A stretch of DNA of 32,174 bases from a virus (IMGVR_UViG_3300037484_000292:1-32174); one strand, 5' to 3'. Positions 19,014 through 27,900 are shown, counted from the first letter of the stretch. Translations and numbers: made by a program. The notes: a model not told the origin generated them from the sequence alone.

Positions 19014-20239
19014 TATTTCCTCTGGTTTAAAACCTGTATTGCTTTTACATATTCCGCGACAACTTCAGATGTACCTAATGTTTCAACTGCTCCTGCTAAA
19101 GCATCCGGGCAATCATCATGCTCTGCCATTTTACTATATCTTACCACTTCTAATTTATATTCGTTTTGTGTCCCTTCAAGCATTCTCATTCGTTCCCGCT
19201 GTGAAGTTATAGCAGCCATTATTCTTTCGTGCTTGCTTCTGTTGCTTGGCTGATGATGAATTTCCCAGTAATTTTTTATTTTAACATTCAATTCCGATTC
19301 AGTCTCCCTCATAGCATCAATAAAAAATATTGACGTATCAGATAATTGCGATTCAATTACGCTTACTACCGGCGTATATTGATTTAAAAATACTATTATT
19401 TCTCTACGTGTTTGACGGTCAGAAATTGACTTTGGCCATTTACAACCTGTCCATACTATCTCTCCCGTCCTTCTTACCCCCACAACTGCCACTGCTGTAG
19501 AATCCGTATCAGCTTTATCTGAAAAACTAGGATCAATAAAAGCAACACAATAATCACATCCCCACGTATCGGCAATAGGGAATAGCCCTATTTGCTCTTT
19601 TAATAATATTTCAGTGTGGCCTTCCCATACGTGCAGATACTTATTATAATTTGTTTTCTTATCATATTCTAAATCATTTCTTAAAACTTGAGGAAACCAG
19701 GGATTGTCTCTCCAGTTTATATTTATTTTAAGTGTATCTTCTCGATCTGCAAGAGTATAATCTTGATGAACGGGATCTTCTTCTAAAGTAGGATTATAAG
19801 TAAATATAATCTGGCTATTAGGATTCCTGATGGTTGGAACTAATATTTCAAGTGATTTCCTGCTAACCGATTGAGCTTCTTCCACCCATGCATATTGAAC
19901 GCCTTCAGTTGATTTAATGTCCTGTGCATTCCCTCGGAGTCCTTTAAAAATAAAGTCCGATCCGGTTCTTTTGCAAATAATTCCTTGCTCGGTCACATAA
20001 AATTCAGAATCCCATTTATATGCATCTATTTTTTCTGTTAACAACTGCCAAACTGAATCTTTAATACTTCTCTGTATTTCTCTGCAACAGAGTATTCGAG
20101 CTTTTTTTGCTCTTGACTGACAAAGTAAAAAATCAGCTACTCCATGAGACTTTGCGCCTCCTCTACCTCCGTAAATATCAATAAATCTTTTTTGAGTTGA
20201 ATAAAGCGGAAGCAGTTTTATGGGAACTTCGATATTCAT
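19013..20239 (-). CDS. terL: Terminase large subunit (PBSX family)
   Basis: GGRGGAKSHG Walker A, CCREIQRSIKDS, WVEEA Walker B, YNP, nuclease HDDCPDAL. Confidence 0.93.
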   Translation of the reverse strand: MNIEVPIKLLPLYSTQKRFIDIYGGRGGAKSHGVADFLLCQSRAKKARILCCREIQRSIKDSVWQLLTEKIDAYKWDSEFYVTEQGIICKRTGSDFIFKGLRGNAQDIKSTEGVQYAWVEEAQSVSRKSLEILVPTIRNPNSQIIFTYNPTLEEDPVHQDYTLADREDTLKININWRDNPWFPQVLRNDLEYDKKTNYNKYLHVWEGHTEILLKEQIGLFPIADTWGCDYCVAFIDPSFSDKADTDSTAVAVVGVRRTGEIVWTGCKWPKSISDRQTRREIIVFLNQYTPVVSVIESQLSDTSIFFIDAMRETESELNVKIKNYWEIHHQPSNRSKHERIMAAITSQRERMRMLEGTQNEYKLEVVRYSKMAEHDDCPDALAGAVETLGTSEVVAEYVKAIQVLNQRK

Positions 20240-20826
20240 TTATCTTCGATTTCTTGCTGTGGTACTACTCCAATTATATTTATAACAGTTCCGGTTAACT
20301 CTCCGCCTTTTCCTGACAATTCTAACTTTTCTGCAATACCTAACATTTGTTTTAAACTATTAAGTGATACATTTTTATTGTGCATTTTAAATTCTATATC
20401 TTCAACTGTAAAAGATTCATCCTTTTCATCCGCACCTTTTACGGTTTTATAACTGCGTTTAACTTTTACAGATTCTATTGCGCGAGTATCAGTTTTATTG
20501 GTAGTTTTATACTGTAATTTATTGTCAAAATCAATATGATCTTTAATATCGGAAAATGAGAGACACTCCAGTTCCCGGCGAACTTTTAATACTAATTCTT
20601 CTTTGTCTTCGAGGATTTCATTTATCTTTTCTTTGAATGCTGCTTTTATCAAAGGTTTTGATAAGTTTTCACTTGCTATAACTTGAGCAGTCTTTTTGCT
20701 ATATTTTGATCTTATCGCAGCCTGAGTTCCATTGAAGTCTTTTAGATATTCAATTACAAATAATTTTTGACGTGGCTTAAGTTTGTCAAATGCTGATATT
20801 TCTTTTTGTTCTGTTTTATTTTCCAT
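20236..20826 (-). CDS. terS: Terminase small subunit
   Basis: RQKLFVIEYLKDFNGTQAAIRSKYSKKTAQVIASENLSKP is the classic TerS HTH signature. Confidence 0.92.
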   Translation of the reverse strand: MENKTEQKEISAFDKLKPRQKLFVIEYLKDFNGTQAAIRSKYSKKTAQVIASENLSKPLIKAAFKEKINEILEDKEELVLKVRRELECLSFSDIKDHIDFDNKLQYKTTNKTDTRAIESVKVKRSYKTVKGADEKDESFTVEDIEFKMHNKNVSLNSLKQMLGIAEKLELSGKGGELTGTVINIIGVVPQQEIEDK

Positions 20827-20834
20827 CTTACTTA

Positions 20835-20865
20835 AATATATATTATGTCACCTTAAAAAAGTCAA
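20835..20865 (-). promoter_or_regulatory. Putative late promoter upstream of terS
   Basis: TTGACT (20865-20860) with TATATA/TATATT 17-19 nt downstream; shares TTTTAAG..GACATAATATA with the promoter at 13984-14012. Confidence 0.45.
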
Positions 20866-20908
20866 ACATTTTTACAGTTCATATCGTTTTTTTATAGTGT
20901 ATATCTGT

Positions 20909-21091
20909 TCAGTTGATAGATTCATTTTCCTCTCCGTATCGTTCGTTGTACATTGCCAGTAAGTCGTGATAATATGAATAAGCCGGATTAAGACAGAACT
21001 GTTCTACTCGTTCGTTGACCTCAATGTGAGGACATTCGATCTTTCTTGTTATGTACATTTTTAGAACTTTTTCGTCGTTAGTCAGTTCCAT
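20909..21091 (-). CDS. Hypothetical protein
   Basis: 60 aa ORF in a tightly packed run. Confidence 0.5.
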   Translation of the reverse strand: MELTNDEKVLKMYITRKIECPHIEVNERVEQFCLNPAYSYYHDLLAMYNERYGEENESIN

Positions 21092-21282
21092 ATCTTCCCC
21101 GCCACATCCAAGTAAAAAAATATTATCAAGACTATATCCGCCGCTAAAGATATTCCTAGTATGACTATCATGTTATACCATAATGAATTGAATCTTTTAA
21201 ACTCGGTGAATTTCTTCTCAATGTGCCAGAGTCTTATGTGATACTGGTAGAATATGTTATGATGTTCGGTTGTTGTGTTCAT
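21082..21282 (-). CDS. Hypothetical membrane protein
   Basis: 66 aa; hydrophobic MIVILGISLAADIVLIIFFYL; RBS GAGGT. Confidence 0.5.
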   Translation of the reverse strand: MNTTTEHHNIFYQYHIRLWHIEKKFTEFKRFNSLWYNMIVILGISLAADIVLIIFFYLDVAGKIWN

Positions 21283-21294
21283 GTGGGGATTACC

Positions 21295-21465
21295 TCACTT
21301 TTGTTTTCGTATAATATCCACACGTTTAATACACGTACCTTCTGGAACATATATGTCTTTGCTAAACTCAATATAAACTTTTCCATCATCCATTTGATTT
21401 TGTCCTTTTCTACCCCAACTGCCCTTAAATTTTCTTTGTCCAAAATGTCCATATTTCTTTAACAT
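21295..21465 (-). CDS. Hypothetical protein
   Basis: Likely start MLKKY after RBS GAGGTGA. Confidence 0.5.
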   Translation of the reverse strand: MLKKYGHFGQRKFKGSWGRKGQNQMDDGKVYIEFSKDIYVPEGTCIKRVDIIRKQK

Positions 21466-21469
21466 TCTC

Positions 21470-21670
21470 TCACCTCTTTGATTTTTTAAATCCATTCTGG
21501 ATTCGTTTATTTTTAATTCTGTTTACTCTGGCTTTGTTGCTTATTACTGGTTGATAAAATGAATTTGCTTGATGATGTGAATCATCACTGGAAAATAGAC
21601 CGGTAATACCAGAATGAATAGCAGCAAAACACATTGCCATCATAACAACAAATTTATTATTCATCCTCAA
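21470..21670 (-). CDS. Small basic hypothetical protein
   Basis: Hydrophobic N-terminus; C-terminal NKARVNRIKNKRI shared with 10056-10277. Confidence 0.55.
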   Translation of the reverse strand: MRMNNKFVVMMAMCFAAIHSGITGLFSSDDSHHQANSFYQPVISNKARVNRIKNKRIQNGFKKSKR

Positions 21671-21673
21671 CCT

Positions 21674-21979
21674 CTAAAACTTTTTGAACTGTAAAGCCTT
21701 CCCAGCACTCGGCATTCTAAAACCCGCGGCCTCACCTGCATCTCTGAATTGCTTTTCGTTCCATGTCGGGATCGGCTTCCATAAATGACACTTGTTCGGG
21801 ATATGAATTTTGTTGAACGATTTATCCAAGAGACTAGAATATCTGCGCCGGTGTTCCTGTGACTGACAGAATAAATGATGTTCGTCCATTTCGCTGCTTT
21901 CTGAATCCTTGCAGTTTGCCCTTTCTTCTTCGGGGCATTCAAAGTTACCGCATTTTTTAGTAGTTTTAATTTTACTCAT
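21674..21979 (-). CDS. Cys-rich hypothetical protein
   Basis: 101 aa with five Cys; fits the gene packing. Confidence 0.5.
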   Translation of the reverse strand: MSKIKTTKKCGNFECPEEERANCKDSESSEMDEHHLFCQSQEHRRRYSSLLDKSFNKIHIPNKCHLWKPIPTWNEKQFRDAGEAAGFRMPSAGKALQFKKF

Positions 21980-22004
21980 TGTTTCCCTGCCTTAAAATAT
22001 ATTC

Positions 22005-22379
22005 TTATTCATTCACGACCTTAAATTTTCTGATTATTCTCGCTGCCTTTTCGGTTTCCATAGCATTATCAAATTGTAGTTGTTCATCAAAAGGCTCGCC
22101 CAAGGTTTCTTCGCCGTCATCATCATGTCCGGTAAAAGCAGTTCCGGAAAGAATATACGGCGCCGGCACGGGTTTTATCTGATAATCGATATCGACCAGA
22201 CCTGATATATCTTTATTCCTCTCGAAATTTAATGTAACGACAATTTTTCTTTTGGCATATGCATCTGTTCGAATATCTTGCAGATTGCCGATAATCTGAT
22301 CAATTGCCTCATCAATCAAAACCAGTGGCTTTCCATTCTCCATCGTACGAATAGATAGTTTTAATAATTCATCACTCAT
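22005..22379 (-). CDS. Conserved phage protein (family often labelled 'replication terminator protein')
   Basis: IIGNLQDIRTDAYAKRKIVVTLNF resembles the NIxDPNTxxxxKRKITLTL motif; RBS AAGGAG. Confidence 0.5.
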   Translation of the reverse strand: MSDELLKLSIRTMENGKPLVLIDEAIDQIIGNLQDIRTDAYAKRKIVVTLNFERNKDISGLVDIDYQIKPVPAPYILSGTAFTGHDDDGEETLGEPFDEQLQFDNAMETEKAARIIRKFKVVNE

Positions 22380-22422
22380 TGTTTTGCTCCTTAAATTTTA
22401 TTTTATAATATGTGAAAAAATT

Positions 22423-22731
22423 TTATGCACTTTTCTTTTTATCCTCAACCTCGTCATGACAATCAGGGCAGAGTGTTTCCATCATTTCAGGATCGCAAAG
22501 AAGGTTTTTCCGGATGCAATCATATATCTCTTGCCAATTACAAACTCCCTCAAGGTGATGAACTTCGACTTTAAACTCTTTTCCTTTCGCTACACTTTGC
22601 TTGCGTTTGCATTTCTGACAAGTGTACTGATCCCTCTTTATTGCCTTTGCTCTTTCGCGTGATCTCAGCCATAACATTCGTAATGCTGCTTTTATTTTAC
22701 TGTTTGGAGTGTATTCTAATTTTTTACCCAT
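22423..22731 (-). CDS. HNH endonuclease
   Basis: KRDQYTCQKC...EVHH...ETLCPDCH. Confidence 0.85.
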   Translation of the reverse strand: MGKKLEYTPNSKIKAALRMLWLRSRERAKAIKRDQYTCQKCKRKQSVAKGKEFKVEVHHLEGVCNWQEIYDCIRKNLLCDPEMMETLCPDCHDEVEDKKKSA

Positions 22732-23205
22732 TTACAAACTCACCTCACATCGATGTTTTAAATTTTCAATTTTAGATTTCAAGCCCCATATTCGCAAGGC
22801 TCCAAGTCTTGCCAGTTGATATTGATCTTCAACAGACAAAGGTTTTGCTGTATTATTTGTTTTCGCATTTCTATGAAATCTGCACCAATCTCGTTCGGAA
22901 TTATAAATAATTATTCCCGCGCGTTCAGGAATAAAGGATTCATGCTTTAATAATTTTTCAGGGATTGCAAAATATAATTTTTTTATTTTTTCGTTGTGAT
23001 GTCCATGTCTTTTCTGTGCATCCTTTTTTAAATCACTTGTACTTACTTTTATTTCAATTTCTGTTAAATATCCGGATTTGGACATTATTAATAAATCGCA
23101 TTCATGAAGCCATAATCCCCAACTTACATTTGGAACAATTAAATTCTGGCGATAATCAAATTTACGAGAAAGAGCTATCTCTATTTTTTGTGCAGTTACT
23201 TTCAT
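22732..23205 (-). CDS. PD-(D/E)XK nuclease, MmcB-like
   Basis: ECDLLIMSKSGYLTEIEIKVSTSDLKKD, LYFAIP, AGII motifs. Confidence 0.7.
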   Translation of the reverse strand: MKVTAQKIEIALSRKFDYRQNLIVPNVSWGLWLHECDLLIMSKSGYLTEIEIKVSTSDLKKDAQKRHGHHNEKIKKLYFAIPEKLLKHESFIPERAGIIIYNSERDWCRFHRNAKTNNTAKPLSVEDQYQLARLGALRIWGLKSKIENLKHRCEVSL

Positions 23206-23208
23206 GGA

Positions 23209-23799
23209 TTAATTCGCTACCTCGAATAAACTTTCCTGTCTGGCCCCGATAATCTCTGTCATATTAGCAAGTCCTCGGTAATGATTCGCTTCTTTCTCGT
23301 TTTTAACGGCTCCGAGTCTGCCCTGTTGATCGGATATAAGTCTGTTCTCGACCTTAATTATATAATCTTTCATTTCGTCGAATGTGAGTACAGCGGTCGA
23401 TGGAATATAGCCTTTAACAACTTCAATTTCCTTTGCATCGGGGCCATGATTTTCTTTTTCCATTCTCGTTATTATCCGGCAATTTTTTAAATGTTTATTC
23501 GGTATCTTTTTTACATCACCATCCGGAAGCGAGAAAAACAGGAACTCCGGTTTTAAAATCCAGTTATGTGTATAGTCTTCGGTTTCACTGTATAAATAAG
23601 CAACTTCCGGCAATAGATAGCCCCTATAATATTTATGTTGAAAATATTGAACGCTGTCCACAATCTCAAAGTATGCTTCTCCCCATTGCCCCTCGAAGTT
23701 TAAAGCGAACTCGCCGAGCTTTTTCATAAAATCATCGACTGTGAATACGATTTTTCCAGCAATTATTTGGAAACTTGATTTTGCTTGTTTTATTGTCAT
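23209..23799 (-). CDS. NinB/Orf-like recombination protein (putative)
   Basis: QHKYYRG...HNWILK...PSTAVLTFDEMKDYIIKVE pattern. Confidence 0.5.
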   Translation of the reverse strand: MTIKQAKSSFQIIAGKIVFTVDDFMKKLGEFALNFEGQWGEAYFEIVDSVQYFQHKYYRGYLLPEVAYLYSETEDYTHNWILKPEFLFFSLPDGDVKKIPNKHLKNCRIITRMEKENHGPDAKEIEVVKGYIPSTAVLTFDEMKDYIIKVENRLISDQQGRLGAVKNEKEANHYRGLANMTEIIGARQESLFEVAN

Positions 23800-23804
23800 T
23801 TTAA

Positions 23805-23936
23805 TTATTCCGATAACAGAATATCATCTTGAATATCGATGTCTTTGCTTTTACATTTCGGGCATTGTGTAAATGTGCGCTTGTCGCGCCAGCTTGCCCA
23901 GCAGTTCTTACACATATAATTATAAATGCGTTTCAT
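23805..23936 (-). CDS. 43-aa zinc-ribbon protein
   Basis: Hand translation MKRIYNYMCKNCWASWRDKRTFTQCPKCKSKDIDIQDDILLSE*; two CxxC; RBS GAGGTGA. Confidence 0.6.
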   Translation of the reverse strand: MKRIYNYMCKNCWASWRDKRTFTQCPKCKSKDIDIQDDILLSE

Positions 23937-24103
23937 TTACTCACCTCTAAAATAGTTTTATTTAATCCAATCATAATTATTTTAATGTCCCTTATTGTAT
24001 CCTCTGATTTCTGTAGTCTTTCTTCTAACCAATCTATATATTCGTTAGTACATCCTAATGTCTGCCCTGTTTCTTTTTCAAATTGTTCTTCGTATTTACT
24101 CAT
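23933..24103 (-). CDS. 56-aa hypothetical protein
   Basis: MSKYEEQFEKETGQTLGCTNEYIDWLEERLQ...; RBS GAGGTGA; ATGA coupling. Confidence 0.55.
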   Translation of the reverse strand: MSKYEEQFEKETGQTLGCTNEYIDWLEERLQKSEDTIRDIKIIMIGLNKTILEVSK

Positions 24104-24112
24104 ACATCACCT

Positions 24113-24336
24113 CTATATATTTAATTATTTAAAATAAATCCATTTCGCCATTTTTAATTTTATCAATAGCTTTATTATATCCAGCCGTATAAGCTATCTC
24201 CCATATCATTTTATCCGTAATATCTTTGAGTAATCTTTTTTCTCCGGTTATAGGGTTAGGATTATTACGATAAATTTCATAATATTCTTCTAATGTTTCA
24301 ATCATAATTCATTCTCCTATATATTTAATTATTTAA
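24113..24336. repeat. Exact 20-bp direct repeat CTATATATTTAATTATTTAA (24113-24132 and 24317-24336)
   Basis: Read directly from the sequence. Confidence 0.8.
24129..24305 (-). CDS. 58-aa hypothetical protein flanked by direct repeats
   Basis: MIETLEEYYEIYRNNPNPITGEKRLLKDITDKMIWEIAYTAGYNKAIDKIKNGEMDLF*; RBS AGGAG. Confidence 0.55.
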   Translation of the reverse strand: MIETLEEYYEIYRNNPNPITGEKRLLKDITDKMIWEIAYTAGYNKAIDKIKNGEMDLF

Positions 24337-24521
24337 TATGTTATTTTGCAATTATGTGAAATATATTTTTTAATTATTTTAATTGCATCGTTTAATGCTG
24401 TATTATAAGTATTAATATATACTTTAACTTCAATTGGGCTATTTTCTGGACGAGCAATTGTTTTATTTTGTATTTCGTTAATCATTTTTTGTAATTCTTT
24501 TTTACCAGTATAGTAACTCAT
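24333..24521 (-). CDS. Hypothetical protein
   Basis: Likely start MSYYTG after a G-rich RBS. Confidence 0.5.
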   Translation of the reverse strand: MSYYTGKKELQKMINEIQNKTIARPENSPIEVKVYINTYNTALNDAIKIIKKYISHNCKITY

Positions 24522-24733
24522 ATATACTCCCCCCCACATAATCTTTTATGTAAAACATAGCAAGCATTGAACGCCGCATTGTGAGCTATGGTTTTTATCG
24601 TTGAATTTTTCATTGATTTTCCATATTCGTCTTTATAGTGCTTATCTAAAAATTGTAATAAATCAACTATCGATGCTTCATAAATCTCATCCCAAAACAC
24701 TGGATAAAGTTTTTTTAATTTTGATGCTGTCAT
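24518..24733 (-). CDS. Hypothetical protein
   Basis: 71 aa; RBS AGGAG. Confidence 0.55.
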   Translation of the reverse strand: MTASKLKKLYPVFWDEIYEASIVDLLQFLDKHYKDEYGKSMKNSTIKTIAHNAAFNACYVLHKRLCGGEYI

Positions 24734-24757
24734 GTTTTTTCTCCTATTTAAAAATTA

Positions 24758-24955
24758 TTAAAATCCCATACATTCGGGCAATGCTTCATATTCAGACTCT
24801 TCCATTTCGATAACTTTAATAGTTATTATATCTCCGACTTGAGCATCATCCAAATATCCATCTTTAATTACATCTGTACTAATTTCACAACAAATTGCCA
24901 ATCCTTTATCTGGTTGAATTTCATATACTTTTATTTTCATATTTTTACTCCGCAC
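24758..24955 (-). CDS. Hypothetical acidic protein
   Basis: About 60 aa; fits the gene packing. Confidence 0.5.
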   Translation of the reverse strand: MRSKNMKIKVYEIQPDKGLAICCEISTDVIKDGYLDDAQVGDIITIKVIEMEESEYEALPECMGF

Positions 24956-25127
24956 GTATTATTTTACTATCTTCAAAATTTTTTAAATGCCTTAATCTTT
25001 CTGTAATTTTTAATCCATTTTGTCTAATAAGTATTTTAACATCTGATTCGGTTTTTACAGTTATGCTATCTGTTATATTAACGAGCCAGCCATCTTGGAC
25101 CTGACAAGCATATAAATTTTTACTCAT
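24945..25127 (-). CDS. Hypothetical protein
   Basis: 60 aa; RBS AGGAG. Confidence 0.5.
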   Translation of the reverse strand: MSKNLYACQVQDGWLVNITDSITVKTESDVKILIRQNGLKITERLRHLKNFEDSKIIRAE

Positions 25128-25160
25128 TCCATTCTCCTGTTACTGATATACTTAGTATTG

Positions 25161-25736
25161 TTAAATAAAATTCCATTGTTCGGCCATAGCGGCAGCTATA
25201 CCGGAAAATGTTATTGATCTACTTTTGGCATTATGCGACGAATGAAAATCAACCCACGTCCGATATCTTTTACCATCCCACTTTCTTTGATATTCTACAA
25301 CATCAGTCGGCTTTAGTAACGGTAAATTTTTAAGCCAAAGACAAGTCGCTTTTGAATATGGATGCCCAAATTGATATGGTTGTATTATTTGATCTGCTTT
25401 TCTATATTGTCGTTCAGGCAAACCTCTGGGGTTTTCTATCGCAACTTTTTCTATTATACTTTGAGTTAATTGCATAAAAAAATTCATACCTGCAATTCTT
25501 GCCTCTATTCTTCCGGGTTCATATATCCTGCAATTACTCATATTACTTATGTAAGTACACGGCGGATGCGCTATCATCATATCCCACCCCCCCCCAATAA
25601 TGTTCATGACATCACCCTGAATATGCTGTCCTGGTATCTCAGTTGGCAATAAATCGCATGACCATGCATCATGGCCTTTCTTTTTAAATGCCTCACGAAC
25701 GATTCCGGAAAATTCACATGCGATTAATATTTTCAT
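25161..25736 (-). CDS. Phage DNA cytosine methyltransferase-like protein
   Basis: ILIACEFSG (motif I variant), WSCD, AHPPCTY catalytic PC, IENP motif VI, RSITF C-terminus. Confidence 0.8.
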   Translation of the reverse strand: MKILIACEFSGIVREAFKKKGHDAWSCDLLPTEIPGQHIQGDVMNIIGGGWDMMIAHPPCTYISNMSNCRIYEPGRIEARIAGMNFFMQLTQSIIEKVAIENPRGLPERQYRKADQIIQPYQFGHPYSKATCLWLKNLPLLKPTDVVEYQRKWDGKRYRTWVDFHSSHNAKSRSITFSGIAAAMAEQWNFI

Positions 25737-25792
25737 TAAATTACATCCTCTAAGACTTGACTGATATGTTCGATCTTCCCTGCCCTTTCTGG

Positions 25793-27037
25793 TTAAACAA
25801 ATTTAGTATATTTTTTATAAAAATTTACGTTCACAATCCCACAAGCACCATTACGATTTTTAGCGACTATCAATTCGGTATCTGTTATTTCTTCGTTGTC
25901 CCGATAAATAAATATTACTTTATTCGCGTCCTGTTCTATGTCGCCGCTTTCCCGAAGGTCGGCAAGTACCGGACGTTTATTTTGTCTGTTCTCAACTGAT
26001 CTGCTTAGTTGTGATAAAAGTAATACCGGGATTTTATATTCTTTCGCAAAGTTTTTTAATCCCCTTGTGATGTCCCCGACCTGAATATACCTTTGAGCTT
26101 TCCTGTCTGTTGAATTTATAAGCCCCAAATAATCGACAACGATAATTGCCGGCTTCTCATAATCCATTTGTCGCTTGCTGGCATTGACTATATTTTCAAC
26201 TTTGAGTCCAGACTGTTCGTTAAAATGTAAATTCAGTTTCTTTATTTTTTGATATGCCTGTTGAACAACTTCAAGTTCGTATTTATCTAATATTCCGAGT
26301 CTTAACCGATAAAAATCAATATTAGTTTCTGCCGATATAAGCCTGAGCCCTAATTCCTTAACTGTCATTTCGAGCGAGAAAAATAATACTTTTCTTGTTG
26401 CCGATATATTCCGCGCGATATTGAGCGCAAGCGCGGACTTCCCTATCCCAGGGCGCGCCGCAAGTATAACGAGTTCTCCCTCAAAAAATCCATAAATTAA
26501 ATGATCGAGTTCCTTAAATCCGGTCTTAATATATTCGTTATCCTTGAGTTGTAAATTAGCGATATTGTTTCCGAGTATAGCCTCAACCGGATAAATTGAC
26601 CTGCCGTGCTCACGATCTATGTCCTTAAGTTTATGTTCTAAGTCCTCAATAATTTCGTTAGCCGATAATTCTTTGTCTGCCGACTTGTCTTTAAGTTCTA
26701 AAGCTACACCGTTAAGTTTTGCTTTCTGACTGGCTTCGATAAGTCGCTTTATATAAAATCCTATATTGGCAGATGTCGGCGAAGTTCTAAATATTTCTAC
26801 TAATTCAGAATCGCCGCCTATTTTTTCAAAATGTCCTTTTTGAATTAGTTTGTCTTTAAGTGATATAATATCTATATTCGATTTCTGGTCATAGAGTTCT
26901 TTGAGTGATAGAAATATAATTTTATTCTTTTCATTCTGGAAGTCTTCCGGTTCCGTCTGGTCAATAAGTTCAAGTAATGCGTTTTGACTTAATACGGCTG
27001 ATCCTATACAGGCTTTTTCAATATCATAATTATTCAT
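25793..27037 (-). CDS. dnaB: Replicative DNA helicase DnaB
   Basis: AARPGIGKS, FSLEM, VDYLGL, LSQLSR, DLRESGDIEQDA, KNRNG. Confidence 0.95.
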   Translation of the reverse strand: MNNYDIEKACIGSAVLSQNALLELIDQTEPEDFQNEKNKIIFLSLKELYDQKSNIDIISLKDKLIQKGHFEKIGGDSELVEIFRTSPTSANIGFYIKRLIEASQKAKLNGVALELKDKSADKELSANEIIEDLEHKLKDIDREHGRSIYPVEAILGNNIANLQLKDNEYIKTGFKELDHLIYGFFEGELVILAARPGIGKSALALNIARNISATRKVLFFSLEMTVKELGLRLISAETNIDFYRLRLGILDKYELEVVQQAYQKIKKLNLHFNEQSGLKVENIVNASKRQMDYEKPAIIVVDYLGLINSTDRKAQRYIQVGDITRGLKNFAKEYKIPVLLLSQLSRSVENRQNKRPVLADLRESGDIEQDANKVIFIYRDNEEITDTELIVAKNRNGACGIVNVNFYKKYTKFV

Positions 27038-27653
27038 TGACTACCTTTCCCTCTTTGTATTTTTTGTAAGGATAAGAATCATTATTTTGTTTATTATTGT
27101 GTATCCAAGTTCTAATGGTAGCCTGCCAGCTTTTCATTGGAGATTTATTTTTACCAACTACCCAGCCAATACTTTCATTTTTATCAAAAAAATATTTACC
27201 AGAGAATAATTTACAGTTTAAGTCATTAAGATATGATTGTATTTCTTCCGGTGTAGGTTTAATGAATTTCTTTGTATTATTAATTGTATTATTATATGTA
27301 ATATTCTTTTCAGCATTTCGTTGAGGGGTATTCATCTTTTCGTTTATCCCCCCTTCAGCATTTCGTTGAGGATCAATTAATTCATTAAGCCATATTTCTC
27401 TTTGATAACTTTCAAAATCAATTTTAACATTAATATATTGATATAATTTTAATTGATTTATCCATTTGCTTATTGTATTTTTATGAACATCATATAACTC
27501 CGCAAAATATTCATTTTTAGCCCAGCAATAACCTTTTTCATTGCAAAGTGCTGTAATTTCTCCGTAAAGAAGTCTAGCATTAGGGCATAAATTTTTATCA
27601 TAGCGAACATTTGCCGGTATAATAGCATAATAAGATTTTTTTTCGTCTGACAT
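27030..27653 (-). CDS. Phage replication initiator (N-terminal HTH)
   Basis: YYAIIPANVRYDKNL...ARLLYGEITALCNEKGYCWAKNEYFAELY; C-terminal FIKPTPEEI...MKSWQATIRTW; adjacent to dnaB. Confidence 0.85.
   Translation of the reverse strand: MSDEKKSYYAIIPANVRYDKNLCPNARLLYGEITALCNEKGYCWAKNEYFAELYDVHKNTISKWINQLKLYQYINVKIDFESYQREIWLNELIDPQRNAEGGINEKMNTPQRNAEKNITYNNTINNTKKFIKPTPEEIQSYLNDLNCKLFSGKYFFDKNESIGWVVGKNKSPMKSWQATIRTWIHNNKQNNDSYPYKKYKEGKVVNE
27271..27371. repeat. Putative replication origin: 18-bp direct repeats plus AT-rich tract inside the initiator gene
   Basis: TTCAGCATTTCGTTGAGG at 27309-27326 and 27354-27371; AT-rich stretch 27271-27308. Confidence 0.55.
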
Positions 27654-27662
27654 CCCTCCCCC

Positions 27663-27836
27663 TTAACTGCAAATTATCGTAATAACTTTGTCGCAACAGT
27701 AAAAAAATATTAACCAGAAAATAAGACTAACTGTCATCCAACGGAATACGTGTTTTGTAGACTGTTTTGAATGAAGCGCGTCTTTGTTAATAGCATCTAA
27801 AATCTTCTGATCTTTAATTGGTATCTTACAGGTCAT
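27663..27836 (-). CDS. 57-aa putative membrane protein
   Basis: Hand translation MTCKIPIKDQKILDAINKDALHSKQSTKHVFRWMTVSLIFWLIFFYCCDKVITIICS*; RBS GAGGT. Confidence 0.55.
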   Translation of the reverse strand: MTCKIPIKDQKILDAINKDALHSKQSTKHVFRWMTVSLIFWLIFFYCCDKVITIICS

Positions 27837-27900
27837 ACTCTACCTCGCTTTTTTATATGTTTGAAAACTGACAATTTTAATAAGACATAATTCAGATTTG

